Positions 25,440-38,385 are shown, counted from the stretch's first letter. The stretch: 64,000 bases of DNA from Octopus sinensis (GCF_006345805.1 NC_043008.1:35154001-35218000); one strand, 5' to 3'. The notes: generated by a model from the sequence alone, not told the origin. A program made the numbers and translations.

Positions 25440-25770
25440 TTGGAAGCGGTGTTGTTGTTGTTGTTGTTGTTGTTATTGTTGTTGTTGGTGGTGGTGGTAG
25501 TAGGGTTGATGGTGTTTAGGATGATTAAGGCGATGGTGGCGATAGTAGTAACAGTGGTGGTGATGGTGGCAGTGGTGTTAGGAGAGTTAATGTTGTTGAG
25601 AGTGATAGTGATGATGGTGATGCAAATAGATTTGTGTTGGTGGTGATGATGATGATGGCTGTGCTACTGATGGTGATGACGATGGTGAAGATAATGTTGA
25701 TGGTGGAAGAGGTGGTGATGATGGTGATGCTGGTGATAGAGATGAGCAACGAGGATGACAACGGTCTGGC
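25440..25770. repeat. Degenerate (GTT/GGT/GAT)n low-complexity tract
   Basis: Direct reading. Confidence 0.9.
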
Positions 25771-26149
25771 GTTCAAAAAGTTCCGCCTATCCACCATTTT
25801 GAATTGATTTTTTTTTTCTTTTTCATCAAACACAAATGAATGAAAGCTAAAGATGGCCGCTGATAGATTTGATCTCAGAGACTACAGAGCCGAAGCAAAA
25901 ATTGTGAGGTATTCTACTCGATGGCCCAACAACTTTGTCAATTGGCCGTCCGAAGAAACTGTTGTAGAATAGTCAATAAGATATGTTTTAAAATTTACTT
26001 GTTTCAGTCACTGGAATGCGGCCATGCTGGGGCACCACCTCGACGGATTTTAGTCGGAACAAATTGAACGCAGCACTTATTTCATTAGCGTGGTACTTAC
26101 TCGATACTTCTTTTAAGCTAAGCAGAGAGGGGTATAGCAAACGTACACA

Positions 26150-26180
<31 letters not shown>

Positions 26181-26234
26181 CAACACACAGAGTTATCTAT
26201 AAGTGCACATACATAGATACGTACATACATCCGA

Positions 26235-26972
26235 GATAATAGTAACATTGATCATTAAAGCAGTCCATTATAGACTGTCAACAAGATTACTAACTCCCAC
26301 TTTGAAGAATAACGTTTGGAATTCAGGAACAAAAGGGACAGAGATGCAGGAATAGCAGTAAAATGTGACAAGTGATGCAGACTTTGTGGAGTTAACACCG
26401 AAGATATCACCCACATCATAAGCAGTTGACTGAAAATGTCATCACACTATTATCTATCAATGAGACATGATATTGTAGTTTGGACAATATATAACGAGAT
26501 CCGTCGGAAGGATAATCCCGAGGACAAAGAAATAAGAACCCATAGTATGGTGGATGCCATAGCTCCTCATAATTAAAAAGGAGGACTGGTGGAAACGTAT
26601 CCGGTCATCTATTGTTGTGTGGGATCACAAGGATATCAGCTTCTCTGTGGGCATCAATGTGGTTAGAAAAATATAGAAGTAGGATATATATGGACCTCTG
26701 AGTTTGCAAACCCAGTACCCATTATACACTTTCAGCTTCATACCTATTGTTATTAGAGCAACAGAATACATAATAATCCTTCGGAATCAAATTATGGCTG
26801 TGCCTGGATTTTTGGGAAGAGAATGCAACTTATTTATCCATAAACTACATACAAATACGATGCTTGGAGCCATAAAAATCTGCTACTCCGGACGTTTTCC
26901 TTCACAACCATGCTACCAAGCAGGTAGCCTGTAAAAATTAACTCTAGATTTTAAAAAACCCCAGAGAGAACC
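26235..26972 (+). mobile_element. Second RLE-type (R4/Dong-like) non-LTR retrotransposon, 3' half, pseudogenised
   Basis: NIDH*SS..; CRLCGVNTEDITHIISS* (26376-26429); MRHDIV (RHD at 26463-26471); IVVWDHKD; FSFIPIVI. Ends at (TCTA)n. Confidence 0.8.

Positions 26973-27067
<95 letters not shown>
26973..27067. repeat. (TCTA)n microsatellite, 5' flank of the Tx1 element
   Basis: Direct reading. Confidence 0.95.
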
Positions 27068-27286
27068 GGACAGACAGACGCAAGTCAAATGGGCTCCACG
27101 TAAGTTGGTATTTTTATACGTTCAAAAGTGTATATTGACAAATATTTTGTGTTTAAAAGTTGTGCAACAACATCCACTGCAAACCTTTGATAAATATCTA
27201 CACAAAATTTTGCCCCTTGCGGGCAAAATTAAAAAAAAAGATTCTCATAGCCTTCGTGGTTTCATTTAGCCATTTTAATTTCAAAA

Positions 27287-29389
27287 ATGGCCACTGGTCA
27301 CCACGAGGCTGAGGTGCAAGTCAAGCGTGACGCAGAGACAGAAAAACAGGATGCTCTGTTAGCATACGATGAACCTGACAACAACACCACCACCAACATC
27401 GACAACAGCAACAAATACAAAACAAAGGTCGCAAGGCCAAGCACCGTCAACACCATCAGTGAGTCCACCACCAACACCGACAACAACACCATGGCAGAAT
27501 CTGCTACTAAAACTGATATCCCTGCTAAAGACATCGCCACCAATAACAATACCAACATCACCATCACCGCCACCAAAGACCGTGCCATCAATGCTACTAA
27601 TACCACTAACACCACCGCCGTCACCAAGAACGACAATAACAACAACAACAACAACAACAACAACGACGACAACAACAATTCCCTTCAACCACTGCTCACT
27701 CCATCACCAACAAGTGAAAAAATAACGACGACAAGCAAACGAAATGCCGAAATTTGCGCTAATGCAGGACTAAATTACGCAGACAATTTTCCACCCCTTG
27801 CTAGTTGCATAATCAGCAACCACAAACCTACAACCCACACCCCTGCCATCAACACCAACACCACCGGCAGTAACAACAATAACAAAACAACAACAAACTT
27901 CGCCGAGGCGATAAAAGAAAAGGTAACAAAAGTTTCGTTTACTACACAACAGATAAAAGATTGCAGAAACCTTATTACAAATGAAAACGGAAAAATACTC
28001 TTACACATACCTCAACACATACTGAATGAGGAAAAAAAGAAGACAATTGTCTATAAAATAACAAATAAAAAAACTAAAAGTCCAGAAAAGGCAAGCACAG
28101 TGAAAATAGAAAAGTACTTACGCCCCATCTGGGGATACAAGGATTATGTGACTTGGGCGAACAAGTTCGCCCACGTACAGGTGGTTTTTCAGAATGAAGA
28201 GTTGGCGAAGAAATTCTCAACGATAACCCTTCATTCTGATGAACTAACGATGACACCGAGTTACCTCGGCCAGAAGGTGACGAAGGTCATTATCAGTGGT
28301 GTCCCCCAAGTGACTACAACACTGTGGATAACATCCGCCTTAACATCCGAAATGGAGGACTTAAACATCCTAGATATCGGTGTTTCGAAAAACAAGGACT
28401 GGCTGGGAAAGAGAATAGAGTTCCTCTTCCACATAAGTCAAGACGACATCAATAAAATCCCCACCCACGTACATCTTGAGGATGGCCGCAAGTTATACGT
28501 AGTAGTCGATGGCAGAAGGCCGACGATGCTATACATGTGGCAGTGAGGCACACCTCAAAAGGAGTGCAAATCTGCCGCAAAATTACACAACAAACAACAG
28601 CCACAGGAAAAATCACAAAAGCCAGGATTATTGCCCACACCACAATATGGACAGCTAGTCAAGAAGCTGTATGCGGAAATGCAGGAAAAACAACAAAGAA
28701 CAAGCCAACCCAACCAAACAACACCAACACCAGCGCCAAGAACAGAATCATCACCACCAACAACAAATAAACTAATTCCAACACCAAGAATAACAACGAA
28801 GAAGACAAGCACCAAGGATGTAGGAGAGACAATAACCACAACAAACCCCCAAGCAACACCCTCCCCGCGCACCACAACAATATCTACAACCGCACAAACA
28901 CACCCAGACGCTTTACCCTTGCCCCCTGCTGATTCATCAGACTTTTCATCTAACGATGAAAGTTCGACAGAATGGCAAATAGCCACAGGGGGGGTAAAAG
29001 AAAAAGATCAAGAAAAACCAAACAAGAAATCGCAACCAAAGCAGGGAGATACCTGAACCCTGAAAAATCCATACACAACAAAACAAGCACCAACACCACA
29101 AAACAATGCTATCAGCGATAGACACCAAGACTCCAAACTAATGGAGTACATCACAGGATACACAAACATTTGTGAAGATGACTTTAAAAATAGCAATCAT
29201 CCACGCACTACACCACCCAAACACATCAAAATACTACACATCACACAAACACAACACCACAAACTCAAAGCCCTCTTCCCAAATGCTGTAGGGGGTTTCC
29301 AGAAATATCTGTCCCAAAAACTGTATAAAAACCTCCTCGAAGACACATCAAAGAACGAGGAAGCTAAAACTTTCGACACAAGTAAGTAA
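27287..29389 (+). pseudogene. Tx1 ORF1 (Thr/Asn-rich N-terminus, probable RNA-binding core, CCHC gag knuckle), disrupted
   Basis: ORFs 27287-28546, 28631-29056 and 29141-29389 are all in one frame. Knuckle CYTCGSEAHLK(K)EC is recoverable across +1/-1 indels at about 28526/28560. One in-frame TGA at 29054. Confidence 0.8.
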
Positions 29390-29439
29390 CTCTCTGTACT
29401 TTCATTTTTGTGTTTTAAAGCACACACCCCAATAGAATC

Positions 29440-32400
29440 ATGGTCAAGATTGGTTGTGTGAATGCGCGTGGCTTGGGGTCTCCTTGGAAACAAGGATACC
29501 TCCTAAATGACATCAAGTCACATGATTTGGGAATCATAGCCATAAGTGAGACCAGACTCCACGAGCCACGGGCCCTAAAGTCCATGTTTGGCGGACAGTT
29601 TAACATTTATTTCGCTCCCTGTCTGCCGAGAATGGGCGGTAGTGGCACCGCGGTACTTTTTCACAAGAGCCTGGATCTCGAAGTCAAGACGATATTCGTA
29701 GACCCGGAGGGTAGACTGATCGTTCTGGATGTTGACAGCAGCAATGGGTGCGCTTTTCGACTCGTATCAGTCTACGCACCGCCCTTAACAGGTCGGGCGG
29801 ATTTCTTTCGACGTCTAGAAGTATTCTTGGGAACGTCTCGTCCTTTACTCTTAGTGGGGGATTGGAATGCTACCTTGGACACGCATGTAGACTACGTGGG
29901 TAGAGACAGAAACAGAAGGGGATGCAAATGCCTCAGAGACCTGCTCAGACGATTCCAACTGTCTGACAGGTACCGACTCGACCACCCAAATGCACCAACG
30001 TGGACATGGAGCAACCGCAGTGGGTCGTCGAGATCGTATCTAGATAGGATACTGTGTAGGACAGTAGACAAGGATAACTTAGGATGTCCACAATTCCACA
30101 CAGTCAGCTACACGGATCACAAATTGGTGACGTGTACGCTAGACTTAGATAAGGCACATAGACAGGGTCCTGGGTACTGGAAACTGAAAGCATCATTCCC
30201 GTCCAGACAAGTTTTCAGAGACCGGATTAGCACACTAGTAAAGAGGGCTTTGACGGGAGCCATCATCAACAACAAATGGTGGTTTGCCCTCAAGAGAGCA
30301 GTAAAAGCAGAAGCGATAAGGTACAGCAAAGCACTAGCATAGATAGAAATAGAGTAGAGGGTGAGCTAGTTAAGAAGCTAGAAGAGGCAATTAGAAGCGG
30401 CATCGCATCCGACGTTTTGGCGGCGAGGTTGGCCCTCGACCAACACTTCAACGCCAAACACGAAGGATGTGCTGTCAGAGCTAGGATGCGTGCTCTAAGG
30501 AACGAAGGTGTTGGAGCCGCGAGAGAGGCAACAAAGCCACCATTCGGTCACTGGTAGATGAACAGGGGCGCGAATTGCTCGAGCCAAGTAAAATGTGTGA
30601 GGCCTTTCAGCAGCATTTTGCCCGACTGTTCGGGACGAGTGGAGGGCAAGAACGTAGGGTAGACTTCAGTGCCTACCTACATAGCCTGCCACGACTCTCG
30701 ACAAGAAAGGCAGGGTGCTGCGAAGGTGCCATCACGGCGGCGGAAGTGCAGGAAGCGATAGCAGAATGCTCGAGGGACAAATCACCGGGTTTGGATGGTC
30801 TACCCTACGAGTTTTACAATTGTATGCCAGACTTGTTTGGAGACGTCTTGGCAGCGGTATACTGCAACTGGCACAAAACGGGAGCATACCCGGTTTTGTG
30901 AGTCGAGGAGCTGTAACTCTGCTGAAGAAAGATCCAAACAAGGGAAACATTATAGATAACTTTAGACCAATCACGCTGCTCAATGCAGACCTGAAAATTT
31001 TGACAAAGGTGTTAGCCAAGAGGTTGGCGCTTGTCATCGAGAAACTGGTCGACAACGCACAAACGTGCGCCGTGCCGGGCCGGAGCATCCATAACAACCT
31101 CCATCTGATGCGCTACATCATAGACAGGGTAGTTAACGAACCTGGCATGGGTGGGGCCCTGATCAACTTGGATCAATCGAAAGCCTTTGATAGGGTAGAC
31201 CATCGATACTTGGAGGCAGTCCTGAGAGCGGCTGGTTTCGGTCCCGTCTTCCGCGGCTGGATAGCTGCCTTGTACAGAGGCATCCGTTCGGTAATTCGCG
31301 TAAATGGACATCTATCGAGACCTTTCGACATTGCACGTTCGGTCCGTCAGGGATGTCCCCTCTCGGCGCTTCTATACGTATTGACTCTTGAGCCACTACT
31401 GCGGAAGCTGGCGACTCTAAGGGGCATCCCGCGAGAATTGGGAAGCGGGACGAGCGTGTCTGCATACGCGGACGACGTCACCGTCATAGTGTCAAGCCAC
31501 GAGCACATCGAGCGGGTTGGCGAGACACTGAAAGACTACGAAGCAGTGACAGGAGCAAAAATCAACCGGGAAAAGTCAGTGGGCTTGTGGCTCGGCACTT
31601 GGAGAAGCAAGCCCATGCCGTCCACCAGTACCTCCGTCGTGGGACGCTGGACAGACGGCCCGGTTGAGTTGATCGGGGTCTGGTTCGGTCCGGACCTCCA
31701 AATGGAGAAGAACTGGAACGAGATAACGAGTAGGGTGGTCACTCTCGCCCAGCAATGGGCCGAGAGGAAACTGTCCCTAAAAGGTCGGGCGGAGGTGGTG
31801 AACGCGTACATCGCGTCCATCATCTACTACCGCCTGACCGTCGTACCTTGTCCCGACCCTACCATCACCAAACTAGAACGCATCCTCTTCCGCTTCTTGT
31901 GGAAAGGATGCGTCCCGATGGTCAGGCGATCCATTTGCTGTCAACACCCGTTAAAAGGAGGGCTGGGCATGCCGTGGTTGATGATGCGCAGACACGCGCT
32001 GAGACTGCGACATCTCCGGCTCTATGTAGACGACGATGAACAGGTGTGGTCGCCGTTTGTGAGGCACGCATTCCCGCAACTCGTCTCCATGACCGAACTA
32101 CAGTCGTGGATCAAAAAGAGGCCGAGGAAGGGCGAATGGCACCGCGAGTGTCGCGTTGTTCTCAAGCAACTCTGCCGTCCCGGGTCGACCTTGAGTGACT
32201 TCAACACAACCAAAACATTCTATAGGGGATTAGTGGAGGGGAGGTACGACGACGAGCTCGGGGCAAACCTGGGCGTCGACGAGGAATACCTGACCCGCCT
32301 GTTTCAAACGACTTTCGGCCCGGGACCTATGGACAACTTCCAGAGATCCCTGGCCTGGCGGTGCTACCGAGAAGCGCTACCCGTTCGGGATAAGCTCTAT

Positions 32401-32848
32401 AGGCATGGCTCGAGAAACACGGGGCCGACCTGCCCGAGATGCGGGCAGAGCGACTAAACCGCTCTGCACGCAATCGTGCAGTGTCCAGCAATTTCCGACC
32501 TGTGGGCTTATGTCGAACGACTGCTGTCACGTGTGGGACGAGTCGGTTTATCAGCCGAGTCTATCGTTAATATCGTCACGCCTCCTTCCTTCAAACGGGA
32601 AGGAAGAGCTATTTTTATCATACTTGTGGCTATGGCGAAAGAATGTATCTGGTGGACGCGCTGAAAGGATTGAGACAAACACTTTCCTCTCTGGTCAATC
32701 TCTCATCAACTTCTTCAAGTATCACTTGAAGAAAAAAGTGAGAGTAGAGAGGCAAGTTTTGTCTAGTGAATGTTTTAAAAAAAGATGGGTGAATGTAGCA
32801 AGGATGGCACGTATGAATGACGAAGCCACCTTGACTATGATTCTATGA
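29440..32848 (+). pseudogene. Tx1 ORF2: apurinic endonuclease + reverse transcriptase + C-terminal zinc finger, disrupted
   Basis: APE: CVNARG, ISET, VYAP, GDWNA, SYLDR, YTDH, GYWKL. RT: SPGLDG, FRPITLLN, KAFDRV, VRQGCPLS, YADD at 31465-31476. CPRCGQSD*TALHAIVQC with TAA at 32455. Frameshifts near 30340, 30525, 30870 and 32670. Confidence 0.93.
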
Positions 32849-33224
32849 ACCGTAAAAATTAATACAGAGAGCTGCTTATTTGCAAAAAAAAAAAAAAAGA
32901 AATATAACATGTGACTTCATTGACCGAGGTTACCGTGGTCTTTTCCGTAGGCTTTTCTTTCCACGGGTAAACCTCACCTGTCCTCCCTTTTACACTTCAT
33001 ATTGACATTTCTGTGATAACGATCCCTATTATTCATTTTTTTGTTTTTTTTTGTTTTTGCCCCCCCCCCTTTTTTTAACCCCTCCCTTTTTTTGTCCTCT
33101 TTCTTTCCTTTTACGATCCCTTTTGATCGAACACCACCACTCCCTTTTTTTTACCCCCAAAAGAAAAGCTCTACCTTGTAATTTGTTCTATCTGTGTGCA
33201 GCCCTGTGTGGCTAATAAAGAAAC

Positions 33225-33265
33225 ATATCTATCTATCTATCTGCCTATCTATCTATCTATCTATC

Positions 33266-33306
<41 letters not shown>
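33225..33306. repeat. (TATC)n microsatellite, 3' flank of the Tx1 element
   Basis: Direct reading. Confidence 0.95.
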
Positions 33307-34249
33307 CCTTGACGACCTTCGTTCAGTTTCCGTCTACCACATCCTCTCGCAAAGTATTGGTCGAGCAGTGATACAGGAGAAAACATGTGCTGCACAGTAG
33401 GACTGAAACCAAGACTATATGGTCAGGAAGCAAGTTTCTAAACCACACAGCGATGCATGGTAACGAAGTAAAAGGTTGTATGAGTTACGTTAATTTATTG
33501 AATGGAATATCAAATTACTGTTGGCGTATATTTATTGTAAAATATCAAATATCCAATAATAAATGAAATATAAATGATTTACGGATATAACCCGGCCTTA
33601 ATATATTATGATCTTGTCTGCATCTAAATCAAGAACCAACTAGGTCAGACTGGATGTAGAAAAGCTTACCTACATATACATGTATGAATGTCCGAACCTA
33701 TATATGCATGTATGTATGTATGTATGTATGTATGTATGTATGTATGTATGTATGTATGTATGTATGTATGTATGTATGTACGTATGTATGTATGTATGCA
33801 TATATGTATGTATGTATATATGTATGCAATATATAATATATGCTATATTATGTATGTATAATGATTCCACTTAGCTTTAGCGATACTAATAACCAGTTCT
33901 TAGAACTTAATACACTTAGTTTTAATATCTCTAACTCTTTCCCTATATCTGAGCGTGTGTGTGTTTGTGTGTGTATACATAAATGTGTTTGTATGTACGT
34001 GAGTGTGTGTATATGTGTGTGAGAAGGTGGGTGTGATTTTATACTCATACAAATGTCTAGATGAAACCAAATTTATATATTAAGCTCTTTTTGTAATAAA
34101 AGAACATTTCATTCAAATGGCTCTGATGAAGCCATGTAAATTATTGCGCAGGCACACAGCCTTGGGTACACGTTATTTAAAGCAGAAGCAGTTACAAGCT
34201 AGTGAAAGTGATTAGCTACTCTTTTGTCATATATATTATATATATATAT

Positions 34250-34525
34250 GTTTACCCTCCCAGACACAAGTCCGGGCAAGGTTATTTATGGAAGACCAGC
34301 AGTCACCCATGCATACCGGCCTCCCCTCTCCACGCCACCAGTGTTATCCAAGGTAAGGGCAAGGGCCGATACAGCTTGGCACCTGTGACGTTGTAACTCA
34401 TTTCTACAGCTGAGTGAACTGGATCAATGTGAAATAAAGTGTCTTGTTCAAGAACACAACACGCAGCCCGGTACGGGACTCGAACTCACAATCTCACGAT
34501 CGTAAGCTCGACGCTCTAACCACTG
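34250..34525 (-). mobile_element. tRNA-derived SINE family E
   Basis: Reverse-complement head GCGCATGGCTCAGTGGTTAGAGCG..GAGTTCGAGTCC; tail shared with 58075-58230. Confidence 0.8.
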
Positions 34526-34538
34526 AGCCATGCGCTTT

Positions 34539-34595
<57 letters not shown>

Positions 34596-34680
34596 ATGTG
34601 TGTGCATATATATATAGAGAGAGAGATTTATCAAAATGTATGTGCAAACATCTATTTATATGTACATCTATCTATCTATC

Positions 34681-34731
<51 letters not shown>

Positions 34732-35159
34732 GGAGGGAGAGAGAGGTAGGAAGGGATGCATGTTAGGCTATAGCTACAGGCGTGGCTGTTTGTAAATAAG
34801 TTTGCTTCCCGGGTTCTGTCTCTGCACACCTTCGTCCTTCTTCTTTGAATTCTACCTACATTGACTACCTTTACCGAATACTAATAATTCGGTCCTGCCA
34901 TATAACTGTTCCGGGAGAATTCCAGCTTATAACATAACAGCTATCACATTTTTCAACTGATTTTTATCAATCTCTTGAGATCTAAATTCCCGTACAATTC
35001 TACCCCGATACCAGGTGTTAGCCTGTTTATACCTATATTATATTATACACGTCCCCACTCAAAAGAAACCCTGCTGATAGTCAACCATTGTTAGGCAGCC
35101 ATAACATACCTGCTTTTTTAATTGCAGTTCAAGTTGGAATTTAGGCAGCAAATCAGCCG

Positions 35160-35345
35160 GAGTGTATGTACGTGCGTGTGTGTGTATATTTGTTTTTGCT
35201 CCCACCACAGCTTCACAACCGATGGCGATTTGGCTAAAAAGAGCGATAGAATAAGTACCAGGCCTTAAACAAATAAATAGTGGGGTCGATTTCTTCGACT
35301 GAACCACTCGAGGCGGAGCCCCAGCATGGACGCTGTCCAAAGTCT
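35160..35345 (+). mobile_element. SINE family B 3' part, degenerate
   Basis: GATAGAATAAGTACCAGGC..GGGGTCGATTTCTTCGACT..CCAGCATGG. Confidence 0.7.
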
Positions 35346-35784
35346 AAATAAAGTAAATGGTAAAGGTTAAAAACAAAACAAAAAGAGAAATATCAAAGAG
35401 AAAAGAAAATGGCGCCATTGAAGTGTGAAGTGAGATCGTAAAAAGGCGAAAGTAGATATTGTGATATATTTAGTCCCGCCCAGAGGCTACCCTTGCTAAT
35501 GAGGTCGCCTTTGTTAATCTTCTGCTCTATTTCTGAAGAAGTATTAATGGCTAAATGGTCCAATATCTGGAAAAATGATTTACATATTCATTCTTAATAT
35601 GTTCCGGCAGATTTGAACGCAAATATGCTAATCGCTTTTGTGTCCATAACGATGACTATGGGTTCATATCATATTCGACATATTGATGTAAGGGACTCTT
35701 AGACACCGGTGTTTCGACATGCGTTTCGCCAGTCAGATGTACCCGGATCTTTAAGCCGAAACAAACCGATGGCTTATTCTTTTC

Positions 35785-36178
35785 TCTTTTATTCTTTTAC
35801 TTGTTTCAGTCATTTGACTGTGGCCATGCTAGAGCACCGCCTTTAGTCGAGCAAATCGACCCCAGGACTTATTTTTTGTAAGCCTAGTACTTATTCTATC
35901 GGTATCTTTTTGCCGAACCGCTAACGTGCGGGGACGTAAACAGACCAGCATCGGTTGTCAAGCGATGTTGTGGCGGGGTGGTGGTGGAAGGACAAACACA
36001 GACACACAAACACACACACATACATATACACATATACGACGGGCTTCTTTCAGTTTCCGTCTACCAAGTCCACTCACAAGGCTTTGGTCGGCCCGAGGCT
36101 ATAGTAGAAGACAATTGCCCAAAGTTCCACGCAGTGGGACTGAACCCGGAACCATGTGGTTGGTAAGCAAGCTACTTT
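35785..36178 (-). mobile_element. SINE family B, near full length with internal (CA)n
   Basis: Reverse complement of the head, microsatellite middle and AAATGACTGAAACAAGTAAAAGA tail. Confidence 0.9.
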
Positions 36179-37078
36179 ATTTTATCAAATTTGCCATAAA
36201 GGCAGTACATGGAGTAAGGTAGCTTGCGGGCTGGACACGGACATTAATGAGGTGAATGATAATGATACAAGGATGATAAGGATGGGAGAAGACGAAAAGC
36301 GCCCGCCGACTTTTGCTTCTCTAAAACAATGTTCTTTTTTAAAAATACTGAATGAGGTATTAACCCTCCACTCCTGCGGCTTAGTTTATAATTTCAGCAG
36401 AAAAAGTGTTTGCGCTCTAATCTGCCAGAGTGTACTAAGAATAAATATGTAAATAATAGTTTCAGATCTCACAGATTAGAGTACCAATAACAACTTCTTT
36501 TTATCGGTTGCCAGATATCAGCAAAGACAGCAAGCATTTCGTTGGTTGAAATTGTAAGCAAAACCATTAACTTGTTTAGGCACAAAGGTCTGGTGGGGTG
36601 TGTATGCCTGTGCTTCTGACTGAAACATCGAAGTCTCAGAATCCTTTGGACCGATGAACTGAGTATGCTGTGAACACATTGTCGTCTCAAAGAGAAGTTG
36701 TTCTCTTGTGACGTAAACAACGTCCAAAAGTATATTTGTGTTCAAATTTGACGAAACACAAGAAGAATAAATAAACAAATGATCGTTTATTAATGATTAA
36801 TCTCAGCTCTGATTGAACATTTGTTGTATTGATAAGCATTCTCAAGTATTGGTTGTGTGTATCTTAGTAAATTGATATATTTGTAGCACAATTCAGAAAT
36901 TAACAATTATATAAAAGGTTTCTTTTGCCTTATCAGTGCCTGTTTAAAATCCTTTTCACAGATATTGATTCCATTCTTTCAATTACTGATTACAATATAT
37001 TGATTTCGAGCGTTAGAATATTTCGAAATCTGCTTCGTAAAACTTTTACTCGCCTCCAATGTAAATGTCTGTGCGTGC

Positions 37079-37136
<58 letters not shown>

Positions 37137-37312
37137 GTGCGTGTGTGAGTGTATGTGTGTGTGAGTGTGTGTGTGTGTTTGTATACATAAATGTATGCAT
37201 GTATTTGTGTGTATGTCTTTGTTTACATAAATATATATCGATGTCCGACTATGTCCTTCTCTACATACATGCACTCCACCGTACACACATATATATTAAT
37301 ATAAGCACACAC

Positions 37313-37360
<48 letters not shown>

Positions 37361-37660
37361 ATATATATATATATATTATATATAATATATATACAACTTT
37401 ATAAATACAAGGTTAAACATTATTAAATAATTTATACCAGTGGTTAGCATGCGTAATATAGATATGTGTATGTGTGTGTTGTGTGTGTGTATCAGTAATT
37501 CTTTCTAATTTTGGCACAATAGTGGTTTAGTCGCTAACATCGACACCAGTTCTTGGCTGGTACTACCTATTTATCTATTTATCTATCTGCCTGTGCACTT
37601 ATGTATGTATCTCTTCTTCTCTCTCCCTCTCTCGCTCCTCTCTCCCTCCCCTCTCTCTTT

Positions 37661-37716
<56 letters not shown>

Positions 37717-37739
37717 TGAGAGATGTAAAAAAATACAAA

Positions 37740-37900
37740 CTGGGACAAGAACGCAAAAAATTTAGAAGACGATACAAAAAACACGGACAGGACATTCGAA
37801 GCCTTCAATCTTCAGTCCAGAACTGGATCATCCTCGCAATTTCGGCTGATTAATCTTGAGATTGCTCCGATCTGTCCAGCCTCAAAGGAAAATCGAAGCA
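37740..37900. repeat. Short non-simple island between (AG)n and (TA)n, probable interspersed repeat fragment
   Basis: Context only; family not identified. Confidence 0.3.
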
Positions 37901-37901
37901 A

Positions 37902-37933
<32 letters not shown>

Positions 37934-37939
37934 TATATG

Positions 37940-38012
<73 letters not shown>

Positions 38013-38074
38013 ATATATAATATATATATATATATATTATATATATAATTATATATATATATTTATATAATAAT

Positions 38075-38105
<31 letters not shown>

Positions 38106-38171
38106 GTATATATATTATATATATATATGTATATATATATATAATATATATGTTATATATGTATAGATATA

Positions 38172-38213
<42 letters not shown>

Positions 38214-38232
38214 TATATATATATATATATAT
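37900..38232. repeat. (TA)n tract
   Basis: Direct reading. Confidence 0.95.
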
Positions 38233-38234
38233 AC

Positions 38235-38385
38235 TGGAGTAAACACATGAATGTGAAACAAGGTGGAAAAAAGAGTACTCAAATACCAGAGGTAGAGTAA
38301 TATGCTTTATTTAAAAGCAGCAAAAATTTAGCAAAAGCTGTTACTCGAAGTTTCACGTTCCCGTTCGTCGGACAGTTTTGTTAAA
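38235..38385 (-). mobile_element. PLE pLTR-type fragment (family of 22510-22835)
   Basis: Colinear with the reverse complement of 22700-22835. Confidence 0.75.
38338..38375 (-). ncRNA. Minimal type I hammerhead motif (U4C variant), all three helices pairable
   Basis: CTGT|CCGACGA|ACG-GGAA-CGT|GAA|ACTT-C-GAGT|A|ACAG. Confidence 0.65.

Larger units (their letters stand above)
27068..33224 (+). mobile_element. Full-length Tx1/L1-clade non-LTR retrotransposon (about 6.2 kb)
   Basis: 5' UTR, ORF1, 50-nt spacer, ORF2 (APE-RT-CCHC), and a 3' UTR with AATAAA at 33214-33219; (TATC)n on both sides. Confidence 0.93.

Noticed and set aside
26373-26429. In-frame TGA at a conserved Cys as selenocysteine
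   Set aside because: The element has many other stops and deletions, and no SECIS was recognised. The Penelope EN stops are TAG/TAA and its cysteines are ordinary codons.
27298-32213. Antisense and alternate-frame ORFs over the Tx1 element
   Set aside because: Shadows of ACN/AAC-rich ORF1 and GC-rich ORF2
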